Source: Nemertoderma westbladi (Eukaryota > Animalia > Xenacoelomorpha). From it: a stretch of 64,000 bases of DNA. Below the pieces are notes generated by a model. The model had not been told where the DNA came from and did no database searches. It saw nothing but the letters and a program-made list of their open reading frames with translations. Where the stretch lies: assembly GCA_032718475.1 (NCBI GenBank), contig JAUCBJ010007443.1, forward strand, positions 1 through 64,000. Reading direction: 5' to 3'. Positions 56,529 to 64,000 of this stretch are shown piece after piece. A program made the position numbers and the translations under genes. Each line of letters begins with the position of its first letter. Position 1 is the first letter of the stretch.

Positions 56529-56566
56529 TTTGCAGCGTTTCGTCCTATAGGCCGCAACGCTGCAAA
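56529..56566. other. 38-bp imperfect palindrome (hairpin/cruciform) next to the satellite edge
   Basis: TTTGCAGCGTTTCGTCCTATAGGCCGCAACGCTGCAAA: 17 of 19 pairs are complementary around 56547/56548; CTAG follows at 56573-56576. Confidence 0.85.
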
Positions 56567-56960
56567 ATAGTACTAGCGTAGAGTTGTGAGTAATTCACCA
56601 GAACGCTGTTTAGTTGAATTTAATTTATTGAATTTATTTATTTCCTCAAAATTTATATAAAAAACAACAAACTAAACAATACCACAGAATCTGCTGGGTA
56701 CTTTGGAGTGTGTGTTGACAACATAATGTAACAAAAGTATTATTCGGCCGTTAGGCCAGGGATTACGCATACCGGTCCCGTACCTCATAAATTATTCCAG
56801 ACAAATGTTATTGACGATTACATTAGATTTTTACTACAAATACAAGTACTACACTATAACTACTACTACATAACTACTAGCTATAACACAAAATCAAAAT
56901 TACTAGCTTCTAGCTCAGCTACCATTCTCTACATAACAAAATGCAAATATCCGATAACTA

Positions 56961-57235
56961 AACCTATTTACTAAAGTTTCCAATATTCACAGCTACAATA
57001 CAAGGTCAGCTTCTAAATTAAATTACTCTTTACCACGGGTATGCTTAACTTCAACTAAGCATTCACTGAGTTTTCAGGGCCCGACAGTCTGGAATACGAT
57101 TCCCCCCAACATAAAACAAAAAAATTAAATCCATAATTCTCTAGTAAATTTAAAAAATCATTATTAGCTGAAATTTAACATGTTTATAGTTCCAATTATA
57201 TAGTTATTATAACCAAAACAATAAACTAAACTAAA
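56961..57235 (+). mobile_element. 3' fragment of an L2/Crack (CR1-group) LINE
   Basis: Reads NLFTKVSNIHSYNTRSASKLNYSLPRVCLTSTKHSLSFQGPTVWNTIPPNIK, with the HxYxTR...GPxxWNxLP C-terminal signature of L2-clade ORF2. An AT-rich 3' UTR follows, ending in AATAAA plus a (CTAAA)n tail. Confidence 0.8.
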
Positions 57236-57631
57236 TAGAACAGGTTACAGTTTTATTTTTAAGTGTAATCAGCTGTTATTTGCGTCGAATTTCCCCTGGA
57301 GAGGGATACATTTTTATTACGTCCAGTTTCCCCCCTATCTGGATATAAACTACCGGTATATATTTACCGGTACTCCAGAAAAAAAGTTGGTCAAATGTTT
57401 TCTTAATTTTCAATTTAATTTTTACTAACTTGCAAATTAAAAGAACTAGCTAACATAAAATCAAAATTATTAGCCACCATCTTACGGTCAGATGGTCAAA
57501 TGTTTGTTTTAGAACAAAAAAACGACAAAAGCCATTTTCACATGAAAAAATTCGTCAAAAAGTGGGTACCCATCACTCCTAATAGTGATATCCTACTTTC
57601 ATTTATACATATAGGCCTATACCGGAACCGG

Positions 57632-58180
57632 TGTAACAGAGAATTGTCACTCCCCAAGCAAAATCACCCCCCCCCCCCCCCCCCCCCGGTTAAAATTCCC
57701 TACCCCTAGCACTTAGTGTATTCACACTCGCTCAGGGTGTAATTTCCCTAGCGTATTTTAACCCCCTCCAGTGAAAACTCGCCCCTGCATTTTATAAATT
57801 TTCACTGTGTGCAAATCCATCCCCGGTTAAATTTCCCTAGTGCATTCTCACTCCCGGTGTATTTTTTTTGTATCTTCCACCTGCCTGTATATAGTACTTT
57901 ACTATATTACTATATATACAAATCTCCAGTGTGTGTTTGTTTGTTTACTAGATGTATCTGTGGTCTTAACTGTAAGCTTATATCGAATTTAAATTATATT
58001 GAAATTTAAAATACCATGGGGGCAAGAAATAAGAATACACTGAGGGAGGAGGATTAAATTTCACTAAAAAATCACCCAGAGTAGTTTCACCCTCGGTTAA
58101 AATGTGGTACCCTAGTGAATTCTAACCGGGGGGGGGGGGGGGGATTTTTACACTAGGGGGGGTGGAAATTATCTGCTACA
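57632..58180. mobile_element. Non-autonomous Ginger1-like DNA transposon (MITE, 549 bp)
   Basis: TGT...ACA termini flanked by CCGG on both sides (57628-57631, 58181-58184). Diverged ~65-bp TIRs: TGTAACAGAGAATTGTCACTCCCC...(C)nGGTTAAAATTCCCTA versus revcomp right end TGTAGCAGATAATTTCCACCCCCC...(C)nGGTTAGAATTCACTA. A CCGG/CCGT 4-bp TSD is the described hallmark of Ginger1. Confidence 0.75.
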
Positions 58181-58258
58181 CCGGTACTGTTGTCAGCTTG
58201 TCGGTAATACCAACCAGCCAACAGCTCGAATTTTATGAACATTAGCCAAAAAACTTAC

Positions 58259-58405
58259 CAACGATTCGCCAAATTGTGTCTTCGCTAATATCGTAAAGGA
58301 TTCAGTGGAGATATAACCCTGATTGGCTTCGTCACATAAATTAAATATATGAGTTAATCCTTCTCGGAATCCTATATCATCAATGGGGGCATCATCTTCC
58401 TCCAT
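58259..58405 (-). CDS. First coding exon (49 codons) of an N-terminal EF-hand protein, most likely class II Rab11-FIP (FIP3/FIP4-like)
   Basis: MEEDDAPIDDIGFREGLTHIFNLCDEANQGYISTESFTILAKTQFGESL contains an EF-hand-like helix-loop-helix (IFxxCDxxxxGYISxxxF). ATG is in good Kozak context (AGAATGG) and a consensus donor TTG|GTAAGT follows in phase 0. It resembles the FIP3/4 N-terminus (LxxVFxxCxxxxxGFxxxExxxxLxxxFG), where, from memory, exon 1 ends at about the same place. Family call is from recall only. Confidence 0.72.
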
Positions 58406-59118
58406 TCTTGTTTGAAAAAATAAAAACAGAGATGCATCTTGCGCATCGGTTTTATTTCAACGCAGCAAAGTGTGAAGCAATGACAACGCGTCTCCAAATG
58501 GTATTACAGTATTAATCAGCGTCATTATATCAATTATAGGCCTTTAGTATCAATAAATACAGAAATATTATATCCAGTCCAGATATCACATAACTTGAAA
58601 GTGAAAACAATTATTACAGTATTATTATTTGCACAAAATAAAAAATATTAAAACAACAAATTGATCAGACTGTCAGAGGATAGGTTACAGTGATAGTACA
58701 AACAGCTATTACTTGCATTAATTTTACCCTGAAAGTAGGCCTACCGTACACAATTTCATTTTGTAGAATTCATGATTTCTGCATTTCCTTTTCATAATTT
58801 CAAACAATTATTTCCTTTTTCTTTTTTGATTGTTTTTATTACATACAACCTTTTCTTAATCATTTGTACTTTTTGTTCCGGGACGTTCCTGTTTGGGGGC
58901 CTCCATTTTGAATTTTTTTAATGTCATTTTACCAGTTCAGCAGTTCCCGTGGCAAACCACTTATAAAATTTTTGTATTTTTTGTCAATTTACCGGCTTCC
59001 TATAACAAAATACTTAGAACGTTCACTTATCAGCTTATAACTTTGATTCAAAATATGCTGCTCCCAACTGCCCAAACCCCTATCTACTGACCTATTTCAG
59101 CATTTAGTTAGAGCGCTA

Positions 59119-59144
59119 CCCCCCCCCCCCCCCCCCCCCCCCCC
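59119..59144. repeat. Poly(C) tract, 26 nt
   Basis: Directly visible homopolymer; exact length may be affected by sequencing error. Confidence 0.9.
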
Positions 59145-59723
59145 ACCTAACACAATACTTGATTAGCATACATTGCACTTTAATATTGCATAATTTGTAA
59201 TTACCTAATTAACTAAAACTCTAATTAACTATTAATAAAAGCCACATACAGACAAACTGCAAATTGATTTATTATTGTACAAAAATGCCACAATTCCTAA
59301 AAATATGCTCTGTAATAGAGTAATACTGTAATATAATAATCATTAATCTAATAATTGCTTAATAATAATTTGACTTTAAAAAACGTACCGGTACTAAAAA
59401 ATTATCGATTAATCAAAAAATACTTAGGCCTATATTCATAAATTAGGTACATAACTAACTAAAAAAAATATTACCGGTATTAAAAATTTATTAATTATTA
59501 ATAACAAACAACATGAATAATACTTAGTAGGCCTACTCTATAAAACGCCAGAACAAATTACTGCAAAGTAATTCACAACATAATTATATTGTAAAGTTAT
59601 ATTAGGCCTATTTAAAAAGTACGAAATTAACTAAAAATTATAATTAATACATGCAAAAAGTATGGGCCACAATTCCAACTAAACCTAAGCTATATGGCAG
59701 TATGGGAACAATTGCAATTTTAC

Positions 59724-59897
59724 TTTCTCTTTCTCGTTCGCGTCATCCCGCTTCATTACCATCGAGCAACGACAACACGTTGGGGGTGTTTCCGGACCGA
59801 GACCGTGTCTTATCCACCACTGAAAGTCGGCTGCAGATGACAGGATGACATCCAGCAAATGTCTGCTAATCGTAAATCGTTTCAGGCACTTAAACTG
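59724..59897 (-). pseudogene. Possible remnant of a Merlin/ISXO2-like transposase N-terminus (Zn-ribbon)
   Basis: Minus-strand frame KCLKRFTISRHLLDVILSSAADFQWWIRHGLGPETPPTCCRCSMVMKRDDANEKEK followed by a possible donor GTAAAA. The W...HGL...CxxC...M pattern recalls Merlin transposase N-termini. It is a GC-richer island in AT-rich DNA with no in-frame upstream ATG. Confidence 0.3.
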
Positions 59898-60072
59898 GCA
59901 TTCTTACTCTCCTCCCCTAGTCCAGTAGTCAGCCAGTGCCGCCGGTACAATTGAACAGGGGACGGGGATACCGGTACCGCTATCTGACAATCTGACTGTT
60001 GCATATTAAAACTGTATTCTGGTTTTGAAGGCTGAAGGCTACAGCCTACAGCCTACGGCAGTCCTACTAAAA

Positions 60073-60110
60073 ACCGCAATTTACCGCAACTTACCGCAAT
60101 TTACCGCAAC
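60073..60110. repeat. 10-bp tandem repeat (TTACCGCAAY), about 4 copies
   Basis: ACCGCAATTTACCGCAACTTACCGCAATTTACCGCAAC; possibly a transposon subterminal repeat. Confidence 0.85.
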
Positions 60111-60199
60111 TAGTTCAGTAGTTCATTGCTATCTATATTAATGTTAATATTGATTTTAAAAAGATCCCAAAATTCTCCCACCCAAAGAGATATTATTTG

Positions 60200-62442
60200 G
60201 AGAACTGCTCCTGCTGTCCTGTCTGGGACCAAACCAATACTAATTGGAGTCATATACCGACCACAAACAGATACGACTTTTTTTGAAAACATAGAGGAAA
60301 CTCTTGGAGACATATCATCGTATCACGAAGTTTATATAATGGGAGACACAAATACGGACACTTCAAAGCCCAGGGGGTTACCGGTATCAACATTACCCGA
60401 TGTCATGGAAACTGGAAACCAAGCAACGATAACATTACCGGTAACTGAAGATACTGCTACACCCCATAAACTAGCACACTTCTGCAGATCTCTTAGTCTG
60501 AAGCAAATAATAACTGAGTATACGAGTGTCACGGAAACTTCAAGTACCGTAATTGAACATGTATTTGTCTCAAATATGAATATGGTAAGCCAAAGTGGTG
60601 TTATTAAACTAAGAATGAGTGACCACTACCTGATATTCTGTACCCGTAAGAAGGTTAAAATACCCATAAATCACCACAAAGAAATCATTTGTCGAAATTA
60701 TAAAAACTATAATAAAGATATAATGCTGGCAAACACAAGAACAAACACCGTTATCCAGGGAGTAACATCTCAGACAGATGTCAATGATGCAGCAAGGCAG
60801 CTATCTGATGAACTCAAAAATATAATTGACCGTTTAGCGCCGCCAAGATCAGTGAGGGTTAAACACCGAAGCGAGCCATGGATGGATAATGAGGTTCGCG
60901 ATGCCATTACAAAACGCCACAAAGCTACACTTGTTTTTCCCCAAGCAAAAGCCAATGAAGATGATTTCAAAAAAATTAGGAATAAAGTAACTAGTTTAAT
61001 ACGTTTCAAAAAAGCAGATTATATCAAAGCAAAAGTACAATCTTCTAAAAACAATCCCAAAGACCTTTGGAAAATTTTCAAATCACTTGGCATGCCTTCC
61101 AAAAAGACACAAACACCTGATTCTGCCAGTCCAGGATTGATAATAGATGGTGTAATATCACGTGACCCAAAACTAATAAGCAACTGTTTTAACGAGTATT
61201 TTTCAAATGTCGCAAAATCCTTGGAATCGAAATTACCATCTCCTACAGGACGATTTGGATACGAGGCTACAAGGGATTATTACCAAAACATGGGAACCAG
61301 TCAGGAAACATTTACTCTTTCCGAAATAACTGAACAAGAAATAGAGTCAATTATCCAGGAAATTGATACAAGCAAAAGTACAGGCGCAGATGGAATTCCA
61401 GCACGAATAATAAAGGATTGCAGTGACGTTATTACTGGACCTATAACACACATAGTTAATACTTCGATCAAAACCAGCACTTTTCCTGAAAATTACAAAA
61501 CCGCCAAAGTCAAGCCCATTAAAAAAAGTTCTAGTAATGCTCTAGAAAAGGAAAATAACAGACCGATTTCTCTCCTGCCAATTTTATCGAAGATTCTTGA
61601 AAGGGTCGTCCACAACCAGCATGTGGAATATATAGCAACAAGTGGGATCGCTAATAAACTTCAGTCTGGATTTCGGCGTGGATATTCGACTGAGACTACC
61701 CTAATCTATGTAGACAACTTCATCCGAGAAGGTATTGAGAAAGGCCATCTTACAGGTATCTAATAGACCTCAGCAAGGCGTTCGACACCATAGATCATTC
61801 CACACTGCTAGCCAAACTCAAACTTCTGGGATTCTCTGATAGCACTACAAGATGGATGAAATCGTACCTGACGGGTAGACAGCAGTTTGTGAGTATTAAT
61901 GGTGTAGAATCGGAAAGAAGCCAAATTGACATTGGAGTTCCTCAAGGTTCGATTTTGGGGCCCGATTTATTCGGTGACCATACCAATGACTTTTCACAAG
62001 CTATAGAAATTGCAGCCCCAATGTTTGCCGATGATACCAGCTTATTGGACTCAAATTCTGATGTGGATGAACTATCTCGCGTCCTGTCAGAGAATATGGA
62101 TGCTGTGTACGATTGGTGTAATGATAATCGCCTTAGCATAAATTTCAAGAAAACCCAGGCAATTTGTTTTGGTACACATCAGAGGTTAGCATCAGCTCCG
62201 AAACTGCAAGTTAAATGCGGCGGCATTGATATACCGGTGAAGGATGCGGTAACCTATCTCGGAGCAGAACTCGATGACACCCTTGCAGGTGAGAATATGG
62301 CTCAAAAAATAATTAAAAAGGGAAACAGCCGTCTAAAATTTCTTCACCGCAATGGAGGAGTTCTCGATCGCCATTCCCGTTGACTACTCTGCATGGCCCT
62401 CATCCAGCCCCATATGGACTACGCCTCTAGCTGCTGGTTCTT
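60200..62442 (+). mobile_element. Decayed, truncated L2/Crack (CR1-group) LINE ORF2: APE endonuclease C-terminal half plus reverse transcriptase
   Basis: EN motifs IGVIYRP, IMGDTN, SDHYLIF. RT motifs KSTGADGIP, NRPISLLPILSKILE, QSGFR, then a frameshift at ~61760, LIDLSKAFDTIDH, GVPQGSILGP, FADDT, YLG. In-frame stop at 62381-62383; breaks off after ALIQPHMDYASSCWF. Confidence 0.93.
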
Positions 62443-62460
62443 GACTATCTCTGTAAAGGC

Positions 62461-62635
62461 TTTTGCGGATATAACCAGTTATTTTTTCTCCGCAATGAAC
62501 TGTTAAGTTGTTTTAGCGGACATAACAAGCCATTTTCCCGCAAAGTACTGTGTAGGTGTTTTAGCGGACATAAAAAGCCATTTTTTCTGTATGTGTACTT
62601 TAGCGGACATAACAAGCCATTTATGCCGCAATGCG
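62461..62635. repeat. Degenerate ~40-49-bp tandem repeat, 4 copies, core TTTAGCGGACATAACAAGCCATTT
   Basis: Cores near 62461, 62511, 62559 and 62599; begins right where the L2 LINE is truncated, so probably the end of another element. Confidence 0.75.
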
Positions 62636-62899
62636 CCAAAATACTCTTAATGCAGTGTAGTTCCGATGACGAAATCTATCAGCTGATTTGATGTCAATGT
62701 GGAGCTTTCTTGGCCTCTTTGTTCGGCTCTCTCGACCAATCAGAGCGATTTTCTTTGTATGTACAAACCGAGCCTATGTAAACCGTGCCAGGCACATCAG
62801 TATCAGTTATTGTCAGTTGTAGTTGTTGTTGTATTTTTCTGAGCCCAGAACACCGGCTTAGGATTCTTTGTGTTTCTATGTAGGTTTCAGACTTTAGCC

Positions 62900-64000
62900 A
62901 TACGACATTAGACTGCCTTGCCACAGCATGACTGGTCCTCTCTGTTGCAACAGCCAAGTGTGAGATCCAGCTTCACACTACAGCTGAGCAACAGGTATGA
63001 GGCTCTTGCCTCTGAGGCGGCAGATCACTGTGAGGGCTATACTGCCTTTACAGAAGCAGTTAAGTTAGCAGCTGCAGAAACAGTTCCTGTATACCCCCGA
63101 CATAGGAAAAGGGCCCCCTGGACTGAAAACAGGATTCAGAGGTGCTGAAATGACCTTTATAAGGCGCAGAAAGAGTCCCGACTCAAACAGATTACAGCAG
63201 CCAAGAATGCAGTTAAGGCTGCATCTAGGTCCCTGAACAGGCAGTACTCTGTTAATCTACAGGAGCTAATAAACCAACAGGTTGATGCCATCAATGATGC
63301 TGACTACAGCAGGCAATCATCCCAGGCATGGAAATCAATCAATCTGCTTACAGGGCGGAAAAGCCAACCAACCACCAAGGTTAAGGCTGAATCACCAGCC
63401 GATCGCCTCGATGGTTGGAAAGCCCACTTTGAAAAGCTCCTCAATAATGACAGGGTATTGCCTGATAACTTTATAGAAGTAAAAGTGTCTGAGTCTGTAC
63501 TGCCAGATATTCCCATTGGCGATATCTCCTTTGCAGAAGTGAAGGCTGCTGCAAAGAGCATTAAGACCAATCGTGCCAGTGGAGTAGATGGTGTTCCTCC
63601 TGAGGTCTTTAAAATACCTGAGTGTTTAAAGCTCATCTATCCCATCATAGTAGACATGTACCGAACAACAAGAGTCCCACAAAAAATGAAAACAAATAAA
63701 TTGGTGCCAGTTCCCAAGAAGGGCAACCTAACACTCTATGGTTCTTTTCGGGGAATCTCATTGATCTCGATTGCTGCAAAGCTATACAACAGGATTCTAT
63801 TAAATCGCATCAGGGATCCCATTGAGAGACTGCTCCGTGGAAATCAGAATGGGTTCCGTAAAGGTCGTGGGACCATGGAGCCCATTTTGGCACTTAGAAG
63901 GATAATTGAAGAATTATCAAAAAGAAAGACAGGCATCTGGCTGTTATCTTTGTTGACTTCTTCAAGGCCTTTGATTCAGTCTCTCGCTCACGTATGTTCA
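62900..64000 (+). mobile_element. Decayed RTE-clade LINE (EN-RT linker and RT N-terminus; runs off the window end)
   Basis: DWSSL...LSNRYEAL...PW, a stop at 63146-63148, then AWKSINLLTGRK, WKAHFEKLLN, RASGVDGVPPEVFK, LVPVPKKGNL, FRGISLISIAAKLYNRILLNRI, NQNGFRKGR. Frameshift at ~63925 before IFVDFFKAFDSV. Confidence 0.9.

Noticed and set aside
56600-56800. Possible minus-strand LINE 3' UTR remnant
   Set aside because: Only a TTTATT-rich edge and general composition suggest it; no coding motif supports the call.
57500-59848. Short + strand ORFs (57500, 57809, 58893, 59651), including a polyproline one
   Set aside because: No recognisable motifs; the polyproline comes from the MITE poly(C) run.
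60126-62383. Active or domesticated reverse transcriptase gene
   Set aside because: Truncated at both ends, frameshifted near 61760, with an in-frame stop and degraded motifs; an ordinary dead LINE copy.
60110-63636. Short antisense and alternative-frame ORFs over the LINEs
   Set aside because: Shadow ORFs of retrotransposon coding sequence.

Overview
Eukaryotic (metazoan-looking, AT-rich) genomic DNA. Positions 1-56413 are one head-to-tail 61-bp satellite of about 900 monomers that runs off the left edge. Each monomer has a nearly invariant ~42-bp part and a ~19-bp part carrying a few recurrent, shuffled variants. The giant + strand ORFs (up to 13,694 aa) arise because the monomer has no stop triplet on that strand; I do not call them genes. 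A 1344-bp hAT-type non-autonomous transposon with an 8-bp target-site duplication interrupts the array at 49262-50605. The flank (56414-64000) holds a 38-bp hairpin, an L2/Crack LINE 3' end, a CCGG-flanked Ginger1-like MITE, a possible Merlin transposase remnant, a decayed L2/CR1-group LINE and a decayed RTE LINE. It also holds one convincing host exon on the minus strand (58259-58405; EF-hand, Rab11-FIP3/4-like) whose splice donor points into the satellite. The leading hypothesis is that the whole satellite lies inside a giant intron of this gene. All family assignments come from motif recognition by eye, not database searches.
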